The notes under the pieces: generated by a model
What the model saw: only the letters and a program-made list of their open reading frames with translations
What the model was told of the DNA's origin: nothing
Database searches by the model: none
Origin: Felis catus
Lineage: Eukaryota
Reading direction: 5' to 3'
Assembly (NCBI RefSeq): GCF_018350175.1
Contig: NC_058368.1
Location: forward strand, 201,750,001 to 201,814,000
Length of the DNA: 64,000 nucleotides
Shown: piece by piece, positions 24,861 through 39,111 of the stretch
How the letters are laid out: each line of letters begins with the position of its first letter
How positions within the stretch are numbered: the first letter of the stretch is position 1
Made by a program: the position numbers and the translations under genes

Positions 24861-27800
24861 AACGTCAGCAAATTATTCATAAACATAAAAGTCCAGTACC
24901 TTTTGTTAGGTAAGTTAAAAGGAAGAACCACTAAATGTAATGATGAGGATCAATTATTAATGATGTTCAATAGATGTTTAAGTGGGGTGAAAATTGTAAC
25001 AAATATGTGGGAACCTTTGCCCAGGAGGATATTTGTTAGGTGCAGAAATTGGGGAAAGAAATGAATATTGAATAATAAGGAAAGAAATAAACTATAGCAC
25101 ACTGGTATGATTAAAACAATTTTTTTACCCAATATTCAAGAAGTTGATATAAAAATATTTACTACCCTGAGGGAAATGTTCCAAAATGGACTATTTGGAG
25201 CAAGCAGATTACCAAAAATACATCAAAATGAAAAAATGTTTTTAAGTAAAATAGAAATACCAAAAAAGTAAAAAAAAAAAAAAAAAAAGTAAAGAAAAGA
25301 AAAGAAAAAAGAAAAAAGAAAAAAAAAGAAAAGAAAAAAGTATTTACATGTGAACTATAGATTGTGGGTAAAACTTATTTTGTAAAAAATGTTATGTTTT
25401 CTAAAAACATTATCTATTTTTTCTGATTATAAAGGTAGTATAGGCTCATTTCATAAAATGTCAGAAACAGAAAAACAAACAAAAAGCAATGTGTCATACT
25501 ACGACTCAGAGACAGTTATTTTTACATCTCATTCCATAAAGATATATATATTGAAATATATGTACAAGGATAATGTGGTATACAAAAATTTTTGTCCTTC
25601 TCTATCATTTCTTCTAAAATGAGTGTTTTTCTATATGATAAAATCCTCTTCAAAATTATAAAAAAAAAATGGTTGTATTTGTATAAATACAATTGTATAA
25701 TAAAACAATTATACAATTATTTGGTTGCTGTTGATGTTTATTACACTATAAATATGGATAAAAAAAGTCTCTAGATAAAAATCTATGTGCATCTGTCTTC
25801 TCATAGAATAATTTCTAGAATTACTGGGTGAAATAAATAATAGAAGTATATTCAAATAGAACTATATATATAATAACTATATAGAATAGAATAGAAAACA
25901 GAATACAATTGCATAGAAAACTATGCAATTATATATACAGACACTATGTATAACTATATATATATATCTAACTATGTATGTTATTTAACATACTAACTAT
26001 ATGTTATTTAACTACATATGTTAAGTATATGTGTTTTTAGTACTATACACACTAACTGTGTATGTTATTTAATTACTATTTTAAAAAGTTATGGCCATCT
26101 GCAATCACAGCAGGTTATCACAGTGACCATTTCCCACATCCTCATCATCACCAGGCATTTGTTTCCTCTCGTCATTGCCATTTTCACAAGGGAGAATAAC
26201 TTCTGTCTGGATTTAGTTACAATGGTAAGACTCTGGTGCACTCAGAGGCAGAGAAGGGAATCACAGACAACAACCACCAGGAAGAACCTTACCCACAGCT
26301 GCTTTCTTCAGAGTTTTCCAGACTTCAGCAGAATTTATCACACAGTTATGATGAGACAGTGGCATGTATTCTTTTAAAACCTTTAATGTGTGAATTTTAA
26401 AATATTCTTTATATGATTTCTTCCATACTTTTGTGGTTAGTATCTTCCCAATGTCTAATACTATCAATTTATTTCAACAACAACAAAAAGAAGGAAATAA
26501 AGGTTTACAAGTGCTTTCCCTCACCATCAGAGCACAAATACAGACTTCTAAGGAGGCAGAGGCATTAAAGGTTTGCAATTAAGTGGATTCTGCAGGTGTA
26601 GATCTGTAAATAGTTACACTTTTTGTTTTTATGCCACACTTCAGAGAATTCACAACAGCTCTGCATATATGCAAACCAATTTCCGTTGTGATGCCCTCTT
26701 TATATAATGCCAGTAATTTCACATTTCCCGCTGTGAGATGACAAAGCGTGATTACAGTTTGTCCAGATGCAGCGACCCAGTCATCAGGATTGCTTCTATA
26801 TCTGAATAACTTTCAGTTGCCCCGGATCTCATGAATAGCAAATGCAGAATCAAGTCAAAAGCCTGAAATATGAATGCAACTTGAATTGTGAAGCCAGATA
26901 TCTGATTGTGTCCTGAATGCTGTATTGGGTTTATAATAACTCAAAATAATTTCATGCACTGCCTATATTTATTCACTGTGAAAAGATCACATCAAATTGA
27001 ACCTGAATACTTTTTCAAGATAAGGAGAACAACACAGAAATGATCTGATGTAGTTGTTACACCCTGGAACTGAGAAAGGACTATTCCACAATTTTTTTTC
27101 AGACCTCTGAGCTACTCTTTGGGCAGAAATCTGGTCATTTGATGTTAGGTACTTAACACGTGACAGTTCATTTAAGAACATATGTATGAAATATATTTTT
27201 CTATGAATGTGTATTTTTGAGGGCACTACATGAAATCTTGGCAATTCGTCCTTTTATTTTTTAATGGAACTAACCAAGACAGCATCCTTTTTAATGAGAT
27301 ACAACATACATTACATAATCAATATATTAAATGTCAGACCGTCTATGCTGGTCCTTCATTCTCTGTAAAACTATATATAGCTTATTCATTACACTGTCGT
27401 GATGTTTTATAATACTATTTGATCAAAATTAGTGATTGTGGAGGTTATAAAAATATATTCTAGATATCTTAACCTTCCCTTATTAGCTGTCAAGAGAATT
27501 ACATGTGCACATGCATACACGAAACTTTACCACAGGTCCTTGGGAAATAAAACTCTATCACTATTTAGTTAATTCTTGTAGCCAATGACTGGTCAGTTAT
27601 ATTTTGAGAAGAAACATATTTTGTGAAGAAACATACACCTTCTTATGACATCTGAAACTCAACAGCTTGCATGTCTGTCTCCGCATGCCTACTCAATGTG
27701 TGTTTTTTGCTCAGTGTGGGAGAGATGTTTGTGAATGGGCCAAGAAATATGCAAACTCAGTAGTCAGAAAGAAATCTTGGCAGATGAAAGCATTTGCAAG

Positions 27801-30072
27801 ATTGTATCCAAAGTGTTCTGAAGTTTCTCTAAAAGGCAACAGGACTGAGAGAATTTAAAAACTAGCTCCAGATTAAAAAAGGAAGCCCATATAAAGCGAC
27901 AGTGTGTAAGAGGTTACAGTTGCTACAACTCCCCCTCAGCTTAAAAAAATCTTGGTTTTGCTTGAAGAAAGTACAAGTGACTGTCTGGGAGGTGACATTC
28001 TGAAGCTTTTCATCTAGATTATGGCCAGAGTTTTTGGAAAATACTCTCCTCTTTGTTTCTTCTATGTGCCTCCTGTCATCACTTTCCCTGCTTTTCAGTC
28101 AGACCATTTTTCTGAAGGCTCTAGAGGTGGGGCTGGGAGAATTAACATTCTGGAAAGGACACTGCAAACGTCCATCCAGACCTTTTGATGAATGACGTAC
28201 TTCAACGTAGGTTAAGTATGTTGTAGTAACAAACTTCTTCAAATGGCAGTGGTTTAATGCAAAAAAAGATTTGTATCTCACTCACACTACATAGTTACTA
28301 TGGAACCAGAGGGCGGAGAAGAGATGCTACTTCACTGTGGTCACCAAGGAGCCCGGAGTGATGGAGTCAGGGGGGAAACAGGAAACCCTGCTTTGGTACC
28401 TCTGCTCACACTTCACTAGCCAAAACTAGCTGTGCCCACACATAGTATTAAAAGGGGCAGGGAAATAAAATTCTGCCATATGCCGGAGGGCAGGAACCAG
28501 ATCAGTAAGTGGTCTTACTGGTCACTACAAATGGAAATACATAAACCCAGAGAAAGTGGTCTGTACCAATTTCTGTGGGGGTTTTTCCCCTTCCCTCCCC
28601 CTCTCCTCTCCTTTCTCTGTCTCCCTCTTTTTCCCTTAAGGAGGTATGTGAGCCTGAATACTGTAGTGTCATCACCTCAAACCTTAAAAACTCCTCAGAA
28701 TGCCCTGTCCTCTAGAAGCTCAATTCCCAAAGGCCCTGTTACAACGGTCCATCCCCAGAAAGTAATCAAAACACAGAAGAGTCACAGTCTTGCAATCTTC
28801 CAACCTTCATTAAGCATCAGGCACAATCAAAAGATTTTATTTTTAAAAGGTTTTATATTACTCCTGTGGCTTCACCTTTTAAAGCAGAAGATGGTATAAT
28901 TATAAAGCAAAGGTTATTTCACAGGGGCTGGAAGTTTCAAGCGCCCTAAGCAAACTGTCAGAATCATTTCATTCCTGACTAAATGAGAATTTTGTGACTT
29001 GTAATTCGCTTCACCTTTCTAAAAATATTAATCTCAAAGTGTTTTCAGATGGCACTGATCAAATCCTTTTTTTTTTTTTGTAAATACAGGACTATAGGAG
29101 AAAATTTATAATGAAAAACATAAATATATCTTCATTTTGCTGAATTATTCAAGATGAGACATGTTCATTCAGGCTGATAAACTAATAGTTTTTCGTGCTT
29201 TTCCCAGAGACCTAACTCACTTCTAATACAAGAGCCTATGGATTGGAATTGTCACCAGTGTTTAGAATCACAGTTTGATATAGCCAGGATTCTGCTTTTG
29301 AATGATATGGCCATGTACAGCAGAAATCACTTACTTAAGTAATAAACTGGTCATTAGTTTCTGTTTCTATATCCTCCTTCAACTGACTTTAAGAGGTTTT
29401 GTCTCAAGTGAAGCAATCCTAGTTATTTCCATCTCTTGAAGAGAACTTAGATGTGGTTAGCTGCCTTTCTCATTAGGTGTCACATAAAAAAAAATGACAC
29501 CAAATAGCCTATTATGTATATAGAGGTACTTTTGTTCTTCAAACTCCATTAAGTTCTTATAAACCTCAATTAAGTAAAAGAACAGCTAATTAGAACAGTC
29601 TGTTTTCAACAGACTAAGAACTTTGCAAGGAAGAAGATTCCAGGACCTTATGCCTAACTACTGCCTTTGCCATGTGCCCAAGCCTTAGTATTTCATCCTA
29701 CACAGTAAATTCATTCGTATTTATTTCAAGTAAATCAGATTAGTCCTGCTGTGATTCATACTTTATACCATGAGGCCTCTGGGAGGTTATATATTCGGGA
29801 AACATCCTCTGTAGATAGAGTAAGTCTACAGCAGGCAGGAACATGGCTTATATTCATGAAGATTCAAATTGAATCAAAACTTGTAAGTGAAATATGGAAG
29901 AGGGAAACAAAATCAAACTCTGTGACTTCAGATATTTCATTTGAATGAAATTCCAAATATTTATCCAATTTCAAGAGTTGATAAATTATCAATAATTTTA
30001 TTAACAATGGAAAATACTAATAGAGATAATCATTGGTACTTAATAAATTCTTGCTGAAGAAACAAACAAATT

Positions 30073-30075
<3 letters not shown>

Positions 30076-30137
<62 letters not shown>
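30076..30137. repeat. Compound (TA)n(CA)n microsatellite
   Basis: Seen directly in the sequence. Confidence 0.97.
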
Positions 30138-30140
<3 letters not shown>

Positions 30141-30954
30141 ACAGTATAGTTAGAGCTTAGACAGCATGGAAATATGTATTTAAAAAATCCTTCACTATAT
30201 GAGCAATCAACATGTGCTAAGGTAATCCTGCCCCAAAATACATATTTCAAATGAAAAGAAATCGAATTGAATGTTGTATTCTATGATTAATTGTATCCAT
30301 TTTTTTAGTGGGGGAGGGGATTAAATCACTGTGATCAAAGTTTTAAGCTGTTAAGCAAATTCTGACTCAAGTTAGAAAATTAGTCATTGTTTTGGATTAT
30401 TTTTTGATTAAATCCCTAATGCCTTCTTCATTTATTCGTTCTAACACACTTACTGAATATCCACATTCCCTAGCCTGGAGCCATAGCAGAGATCAACTGA
30501 GATATAATTGCAGCTCATTTGCTAAAACCTTGAAAATGGCAAATATTTGCTTTTCCAAATATAATCCCAATCATTCTCACTCAACTGCAACCTACCAGAG
30601 CTCTGGGAGTGGGAAAGAGTGGATCTGTGCATACAACCCCAGCTTATTTAGGCTGCAGGTGGTGGTGAGTTTGTTTCTGAAGTTAAAATGAAACACTTGA
30701 CAATTATAAATTTTAGTTGTGTGGTACTTTCCAACAAAGTATTTGTTTGCTCTCTCAAAATCTGGGTATGTCCATGGAAGAGAATGCAACCAGATAATGT
30801 GAACGTCTTTCATGGATGTCACTGGAACCGATCAAGAATCCATCAGCCCATATTTCACATAGTCCCCTGTGCTATATTAAGTACCAAAATACAAGCATGG
30901 TTAAAAACCAAAACAAAACAAAATAAAGCGAACAACAAAAAGCGCGCTGTCCCA

Positions 30955-31157
30955 GGGGCACCTGGATGGCTTAGTCAGTTGAGTGTCTGACTCTTGGTTT
31001 CGGCTCAGGTCATGACTTCACGGTTTGTGGGATCGAGCCCTGGGCCAAACTCGGAGCCGACAACAAGGAGCCTGCTTGGGATTCTCTCCCCCCCCCCCCC
31101 CACACCTCCCATGCACTGGCGCATACACTCTCTCTCTCAAAATAAATAAACTTTAAA
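30955..31157 (+). mobile_element. CAN-SINE
   Basis: GGGGCACCTGGATGGCTTAGTCAG head and poly-C/CT tract; TSD-like CTGTCCCAG. Confidence 0.87.
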
Positions 31158-32231
31158 AACCAACTGCACTGTCCCAGCAGTCACATAAGTTAGGATGAGG
31201 AGGGGAAGTAAAGCAATAATGACAGGATATGAGAAGTATAATAAATGAGGATAGAGCCAAATGTGATGGGAGTCTTAAGGACAGAAAGACTAACCTGCAG
31301 TGGAGATTCAAAGAAGGCTCAAGGAGTAGGTGGCCTTTGGACTGTGGCTTGAATAACAACAGCAGTGGGGTTGAGAGTGAAGCACCTCTTGGTAAGAAAC
31401 AAGTCCAGATAAATTCCCAGGGTCAAGAGGGATCACAGAGAACTGGAGGACGGGGACATTTGTGGTTTGGGTGGGCAAGGTGGGAACCCAGGGCAGGCTG
31501 GGATAGGGCTCTGGAATTCCACCGCAAGTTGAAGGCTGCTCTTTAGGCAAAGAGAAAGAATCTGAAATAATATGATCTGATTCATGGAGGGAAACTAAGA
31601 TAGTGGCAGGAAAGAGTTTCTTTTTTAAATGAAGGAGAAAAAAAAAAGTAAGGATAGTGGGGTCTTCTGAATAATTAAAAGCAATAAATAATGGTCCAAA
31701 ATTTATCACCAAATTATATATTAAGTAACTGAAAGATAAACTACATTATCATTCAAACAAACACTCTGCAAATTTATGTCCCTTTTTTCCTTTTCTTTTT
31801 TTGGGGTCAGATCACATCACAGTGTGATCTCTGGACCTCAGTGGTTAATGCATTATTGACTTTTATTGTTCACGTGCATGTGCCCTTGATTTATGATTAA
31901 CAGCACGGACCCAGCTGGCTAAATCTATTACAGGATTTGATTACGACGCTATTTAAGACTGATATTTTATCGAACTAACTCTCCAAATTGACTAATTTTT
32001 TAATGCATCAGTGTACCCTTAAGCCACATGTACCCAAAACAAAACAAAACAAAAATCCTTACAGCCATAAACATACTATCTTGTGTAAGTAAAAACACAG
32101 CAGAATGTCCTCAGAACTTTCAAATATAATTAAGCCCAAGAATACTTCCACTTGAACAACGCAACAGAAAAATCCCAATGACTGGCTTACCAAATTGTTT
32201 CGATTTTTATTCACGAGAGGTATTTATTTAC

Positions 32232-32326
32232 CTGAGAGAAACTGCATGTGGCCCATATATCTCTCTCACTGCTGACAAATCAGCTTCAAGCTGTGGGTGC
32301 TTGTGCAGTTCCCCGTCATAGTTCAC
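32232..32326 (-). CDS. PARP8: PARP8 coding exon (95 nt), VNYDGELHKHPQLEADLSAVREIYGPHAVSL(R)
   Basis: ccatcag| acceptor and |gtaaat donor; phase 0-2. Confidence 0.96.
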
Positions 32327-32976
32327 CTGATGGAAAGGGATGGCTTAGAAATGACTTAGGGATGGTGAAGAGAATCAAAAGAATCAAATACAAACCATCT
32401 CTTGGACAGGTGTTACCCTGCAGGTTGTGCCATAGACATTTCTCACTGAAAAATACAGAGAATACAGCAGTATATTCGCTAAAGTTCATAGGTTCACCTA
32501 TGTCTAGTATAACTTACTATGCTTGAAAGGAAAATTAAACTACCTTGATATGGGGAAAAGATCAATGTTAAAAAGAACCAAGTAGTGGCTGGCAGATAAT
32601 CTGAAAACTTCTAGACTGAATATCTATACTGAGAAAAAGCATTTACTTCCCCTCTGCAAATACTAGCTGTGTAAACAAAAATCCAAACTGGAAGGATTAT
32701 TTTACATAATGTTGAAGTGCAACACTGGTTAGAGAATCATTAGGAAAAGTATCCCATTGCTGGACGGGCATTCTTGGAGAGAAGAAGCCCAGTTGTATGT
32801 ATATGTTCACGCCTCTGCAGCCTCGTTTATGCTCCATTGATAAATTACTGGTTTTTGATTCCAGAAAAGTAAACTGACTTGCATTCTTTTACACAATAAT
32901 AAATTTGGCTTTAAAACACCACTCTAACATACTACCTTCCCATTATACTATTCAAGTTACAAAGCTATTTGATCAA

Positions 32977-33700
32977 GGGGTACCAGGGTGGCTCAGTCAA
33001 TTAAGTGTCCAATTTCGGCTCAGGTCATGATCTCACAATTCATAGGTTCGAGTCTCGCATCAGGCTCTGTGCTGACAGCTTGGAGCCTGGAGCCTGCTTC
33101 AAATTCTGTGTCTCCCTCTCTCTCTGCCCCTCCCCTGCTCACAAGAGAGCTCTCTCTCTCTCTCTCTCTTAAAAAATGAATAAACATTTAAAAAACACTT
33201 TTTTTTAATTAAAAAAAACAAACAAACATAACAAAGCTCTTTGATCAAGGAATTTACAGAAACATGGAGCACCTGGGTGGCTCAGTCAATTAAGGGTCTG
33301 ACCCCTGGTTTTGGCTCAGGTCATTATCTCATGGTTTGTGAGATGGAGCCTGCTTGGGATTCTCGCTCTCCCTCTCTCTCTGCCCTTCCCCCACTAGCTC
33401 AATCTCTCTCTCTCTCTCTCTCTTTCAAAATAAATAAACTTAAAAATAATTTTTTTAAAATGTTTACAGAAACGGGGGGCGCCTGGGTGGCACAGTCGGT
33501 TAAGCGTCCGACTTCAGCCAGGTCACGATCTCGCGGTCCGTGAGTTCGAGCCCCACGTCAGGCTCTGGGCTGATGGCTCAGAGCCTGGAGCCTGCTTCCG
33601 ATTCTGTGTCTCCCTCTCTCTCTGCCCCTCCCCCCTTCATGTTCTGTCTCTCTCTGTCTCAAAAATAAATAAAAACATTAAAAAAATTAAAAAAAAAAAA
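32977..33700 (+). mobile_element. Cluster of three head-to-tail CAN-SINEs (32977-33230, 33266-33460, 33476-33700)
   Basis: Three tRNA heads and tails; TSDs ACAAAGCTxTTTGATCAA and TTTACAGAAA; the third copy is the young SINEC_Fc type. Confidence 0.92.
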
Positions 33701-34340
33701 GTTTACAGAAATGGAACAAGATGCCTTATATAGCCAAATCCTAAAATCAACTCCTCGGTTTAAAATTTTAACATGATCCTGGAAAAATAGTGAATTTTTT
33801 TATATATGCAGCTATGCCATTCTCATATATATATAAATTATGATGTTTCTTCATCAACATTTTTCAACAAACACTTTACAACAGTGTAAGAGGAAAAGAC
33901 AATGAATACAAACATTAAGGATGCTCAGTAAAGAGGGACCATCAACATTGATAAAGGTTAATCATCTTCTATTTAAAACTAACCATCCATCCATGCTTTT
34001 ATTAGAAGTGTCATCATTTCAAAATAATGACTGAGCCCAATATGCTTAAGAAATATAAAAGTCAAAAAACTTTTATTTTATGATGCAATGCTGCTGCCTG
34101 CAAAATCTCAGTGATGAAGCAAGACAACTTCAGTGTGAGTGATTACAGTCAAAGAGTTGCAAAAGTAACCTTGATTTCTGAAAATATGTAGAAATGAGAA
34201 ATGGAGAAATTATATAGGTTTCCAAGTTAGCTCCAGAACTAACACACAGGTCTCTCAGATCACAAGCACAGATTCCCACTAGGGCGTAAGGGCTACTGCA
34301 AACTCTGCGAGTGGGTATTTGACGGGTCTGATGTGCTTAC

Positions 34341-34418
34341 CTGTCCTCCATAATAAAATTCTTCAGAATCATTATCACCTTCAGAATCTTCTTCCACTGT
34401 ACTATTTTGTCTTGACTC
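34341..34418 (-). CDS. PARP8: PARP8 coding exon (78 nt), ESRQNSTVEEDSEGDNDSEEFYYGGQ (acidic tract)
   Basis: tttaag| acceptor and |gtaagc donor; phase 0-0. Confidence 0.95.
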
Positions 34419-34786
34419 CTTAAATAACAGATTAAGAAAAGAATTTTAATGGTCAGATTAGCTTACCTTCTTTTGAAAAGAAAGTAGCAAGTGGCCATAA
34501 TAGATAGGTCTTGTGCTTGCTTATCACATGGATTTTATATAAAAAACGTGTGTGGTGTAGTACAAGCCAAAAACAAAAGGCAGTAAGAGACAGTTTTGTC
34601 AGTGTAGTAAACTCTATTGTACATCTTTTTTAAAAGTTCTATTTCATTGATTTTGAGTTGTACAATTTACTATTTGATGTTTACATAAAACTACGTGTCA
34701 TCAACTACAACTTTGGTTTTGTTCTGATAAAAACATCTGACAAGTTCATACTGATTCAATTGTTTATTAAAAAGTTCCTCAGCATT

Positions 34787-35070
34787 GGGGCGCCTGGGTG
34801 GCTCTGTCAGTTAAGACTCAGAGTTCGGCTCAGGTCATGATCTCGTAGTTTCTGAGTTCATACTGATTCAATTGTTTATTAAAAAGTTCCTCAGCACTGG
34901 GGCGACTGGGTGGCTCAGTCAGTTAAGACTCAGAGTTTGAATCGGGTCGTGATCTCATGGTTTTCAAGTTCAAGCCGTGCATCGGGCCCTGTGCTGACAG
35001 CTCAGAGCCTGGAGCCTGCTTCGGATTCTGTGTGTGTGTGTCTCTCTCTCTGCCCCTGACCCATTCATGC

Positions 35071-35108
<38 letters not shown>

Positions 35109-35145
35109 CCTCTCCCTCAAAAATAAATAAACATTAAAAAAAAAT
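34787..35145 (+). mobile_element. CAN-SINE (34899-35145) preceded by a duplicated 5' portion (34787-34860)
   Basis: TSD AAAAAGTTCCTCAGCA occurs three times; part of a 112-bp tandem duplication. Confidence 0.9.
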
Positions 35146-36204
35146 AAAAAGTTCCTCAGCATTATTTATTTATCCCTGACCGTGCTCACTTCCACTGCCA
35201 ACTCTACACAATGGTATGAAATAAAAGACACTCTAACTCCAATAATATAAAAATCAAATTATGAAAATAAATATGAATTACATTATGAAGAGAACTTTCT
35301 ACATACAGAAATTATTTACTTTAGATTTCAGATTTCAAAAGGATGTTTAATTAAATATGCTTGAACTTGAAGTCTGAGTTTCTAATTAATGGAACCACAT
35401 ATGCTTTGTGTCTGAAGTTCAAACAGTAAAATTTTACCTAAAGTAATGATGATATTCCCATACCTGGCCAGCTCTGTTAAAATAATTAGGAGAAAGGCAA
35501 ATCCCATTAGACACAGGAATCTATCAACCCAATGTTTTGGAATCGTTTCTAAATTTCCAGACCAAATTTAAAATTCTTAAGGAAAACGAAAAACCTACAA
35601 AAGAGAATTTGGGTTTTATAAAATGCTAACAGATTTGGGTTTGGGGGCCAGTATTGCTAAATCTGTGGTTCTCACTGTGGATGAAGGAGAGTAGAGGGAA
35701 CGATACAATACTAAGGGGCGGTGGGGGGGCGGTTTCCGGGTGCCTAGTTTGAAAAGCAAAAAATTGTCAGTCCCGTTGCACTCATCTTGTTCTTTTTAAC
35801 ACCCCAGTGTTTATTGGCTGATTCTAGCAGATTTTGTAAAGGTGAGGAAGGGGTAGCAGGAATTTGTCGTTGATGTTGTTTTAACATTGGCCACTAATAA
35901 TAAGATTATATACCCCTTCTCTTTGCTACCTTAGGTAAAGAGATCACCTTTTACAAATGAAATGGTAAGGGTTCCACATGCAGCTGTTAGAACTGTAAGT
36001 TACAGAAGATGCTCCTCAGTCAACTACATTACTTGAGCAAATACAGAGAATAAGTTAAGCTTTGTGTGCACTTGATTTAGATTTAAGCCAGACATTTTTT
36101 CTGTTAAAGGCAGCTTCCTTCTCAGGGTTAATTCTAGGTCACTACCCTTCCCTATACTTAAGTCTCTTGGCCACAAGCCTGTGCTTCATACACTATATGC
36201 AGTC

Positions 36205-36430
36205 TTTTTTTTTTTTTTAATTTTTTTAAATGTTAATTTATTTTTGAGACAGAGAGAGACAGAGCATGAATGGGGGAGGGGCAGAGAGAGAGGGAGACAC
36301 AGAATCCGAAGCAGGCTCCAACTCCGAGCTGTCAGCAAAGAGCCCAATGCAGGGCTCGAACTCATGGACTGTGAGATCATGACCTGAGCCGAAGTCCGAA
36401 GTTCAACCGACTGAGGCACCCAGGCGCCCC
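36205..36430 (-). mobile_element. CAN-SINE
   Basis: Reverse-complement SINE; TSD-like CAGTCTT. Confidence 0.92.
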
Positions 36431-36536
36431 TACAGTCTTAACCTAAATAGCAATGATATTAACTATAAATACAAGGTAAGTTTAAAATGTATTCTGTTTT
36501 GAATAAAGTATAAAATACTAAATGTAACCTCCATAC

Positions 36537-36607
36537 CTCTCCATTTTCCTTCTGTAATTTTGATTTTATGGATAAGCAACAGTTAATGTCATTTGTCTTC
36601 CTTAATT
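36537..36607 (-). CDS. PARP8: PARP8 coding exon (71 nt), (E)LRKTNDINCCLSIKSKLQKENGE
   Basis: ctttcag| acceptor and |gtatgg donor; phase 1-0. Confidence 0.95.
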
Positions 36608-37201
36608 CTGAAAGAAAGTTATAAAACATCATTTATAAAACATCACTTTAGTTTTCAGCAGGCTATTTATCAAATATTTATAAGTTTCAGTATAAAAACA
36701 CGCCTCCGGTGATTCTCTCTTTGCCAAAAGATTAAGGAATGTTTTATAATTATATTATGTTAGGAAGTTACATGATATATAAGCTATTCTGATTTTTTCA
36801 TTGCCCATCAAAATACGGTCAAACCAAAGTGCCACTACACGGACCCCTTCAGCTCTCGTTTATGCATTTCGTGGGATCTACATTGCCTTGAGTAAGCTTT
36901 TTAAATATTCATTTTGTCTACCAGTGTCATTATGCATGGAATATTTTCATAAGAGCGAATATCAACACAATGCATTTAAACAGGGCTTTTTTAAAGTAGT
37001 GTAAATGTATGTGTTTAAAAAACTGTTGAAAAACAAACTAATGCAAGTTAGACAGAAAATTTGTATGGGACACCAGATTTATAGATGCTAAAGATAAATC
37101 TCTGTTACATGGGCTAAAAGAACAAAAATAAATAAATAAAGCTACCTATAGCCAAGAAAACATTAATCTAGAGTTTAAAAAAAACAGTATATTCCTATTA
37201 C

Positions 37202-37291
37202 CTGTTGCTATCCGGTGGAAAATTATTGGAATTGGCTCCGTAGTAACTAATACGTCTTCATCATTTTCTGAACTTGACACATACGTATTAT
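37202..37291 (-). CDS. PARP8: PARP8 coding exon (90 nt), (D)NTYVSSSENDEDVLVTTEPIPIIFHRIAT(E)
   Basis: ttgcag| acceptor and |gtaata donor; phase 1-1; in frame with neighbouring exons. Confidence 0.96.
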
Positions 37292-39070
37292 CTGCAAAGA
37301 AATATGGACAATTACAGGCATGGTAACCAAAAAAAAATACACCCTTTATTAAAAAAAGTTAAATTATATCCACATCGCTTCCATCACTCAGGAAGCACAT
37401 ACTACTGCTCTGGTTAATCTCAGACAAAATTAAGTATACGTGATTTATCACAGATTTACATGTGATTTAATTTTAAATGGCCTCTTCAAAGACACTTGTG
37501 TCTCCTAGAGAAATACAGACTGCGGATAGAGACTGTTCCCCAAACAGGAAGCAGATACTGGGAGAAAGCTAAAACAAGAACATTTGGTGCAATAAAAAAA
37601 TTCAATATCGTCATTAAAAAAACTGAACCAAAGCCTTGGTTGAAAATCATACCTCCATATTACTCTAATGTATATTTTTAAATGATATTAAGTCTCACAA
37701 TTCTTCTTCTTCCATAAATTAATTCCATTAAATAATACTAATCAAGTTGAATGCACAGAAAACATTAAATTATTCCACAGCTTTTTTATTCATTATTTGT
37801 TTTCTCCAGAAAAAAATATTTTAATAAATTTAGGATTTTTCCCTAAAAATACAGATCTTTGTGTATATAATATAACACACAGCCATTTACTCTACTTTGT
37901 TCATTGACAATTACTGGGCATCTGTGCGACCGCTGTTTGTTACCAAACGCTTCACCAATTCATTAATTATGGTCCTATAATACTCTCATTGACACTGTAT
38001 AAAATATAAAAAGTGTAGAATATTCCCAACAAATAATAGAAACCTGTTATCAATTTCTGCAAAAGGAAATGAGCATTCTGACAACTGACTGAATACACGA
38101 TAAAAGATCTTGAGCCAAGTTTTCATAATATTGTGTCAGTACAGTGAGAACACGATCTTTAACTGATAGATATCAAAGTCACTACTTTATTTGCAAAGAA
38201 ACATCTGCACTGTGTTTAGACCTTGAGTGCAGTGAGTCGAGAGTGATATGTGTTCACAGCATAGTCTCAAAGACTCTCAATAGACATAAGGCTTTACTAA
38301 TAATTCTGGAAGGTGAGAGGAGAGGAATGTGGATTAGATTTGAAACAAAACAGGTTTGCCTCATTACTTTGTTTTAATTACAAATTTTGCCTTGTTTCAC
38401 TTTCAAGCAGCATTGAGGAGGGTGTGAGACTTTTGTGTTTATCAAGTGGGACCACAGATTAAGAAACAGGTTTAATATAAATTTGTTTTAATTACTGTTT
38501 CATCACATTGGTTGAGACTTTGACCGTTTATCTGGAGTCTCTTCTGTCAATAACCTCATACTCTGAGGTGAAGAGTAAACCCCTCTATTAAAGCCAGTAT
38601 TTCAATTTCTTAAAACCTCATTCAGAGGGTTACTGATCCAAAGTTATTTGCTACTGAATCAACTCAATTAGTTTTTCCCTGTAGATAATGTATTCCTTGA
38701 AGCAAACTTATGGAGAAAAGGAGTATTAAAAATAAAAGTGAGCATTAAAGCAAAAAAGTAATAGCTAACCACCACCTAGAAGGGGAGATCCCCAAAAATC
38801 CACAAAGTGCACACAGTATCATGCAGTATCTCAGTGTCATGGACGGGAGCATTTTGCTAAATCTTTAAGAGGAAAGTAAATTAGGGCATTCTGTTTATGA
38901 AAACAAGGAAGTGAATAACTCAATGTAATGGATCCAATGGCTTAGGTGGTGTTGACACTACAAGGCAGTCAGCTTTGATTCAAGAGAATGTAATTTGAAT
39001 TGAACGAATGAACACACGTTGCATAATGCTTTAAGACAGGATTATGCAGTCAAACACATCATTTTCTAAG

Positions 39071-39074
<4 letters not shown>

Positions 39075-39108
<34 letters not shown>
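39075..39108. repeat. Poly(T) tract of about 35 nt
   Basis: Seen directly in the sequence. Confidence 0.9.

Positions 39109-39111
<3 letters not shown>

Noticed and set aside
31810..31831. Small hairpins (AGATCACA...TGTGATCT; also GGTGTCA...TGACACC near 29477-29501)
   Set aside because: Stems of 7-8 bp are expected by chance in 64 kb and are too short for a miRNA or snoRNA call.
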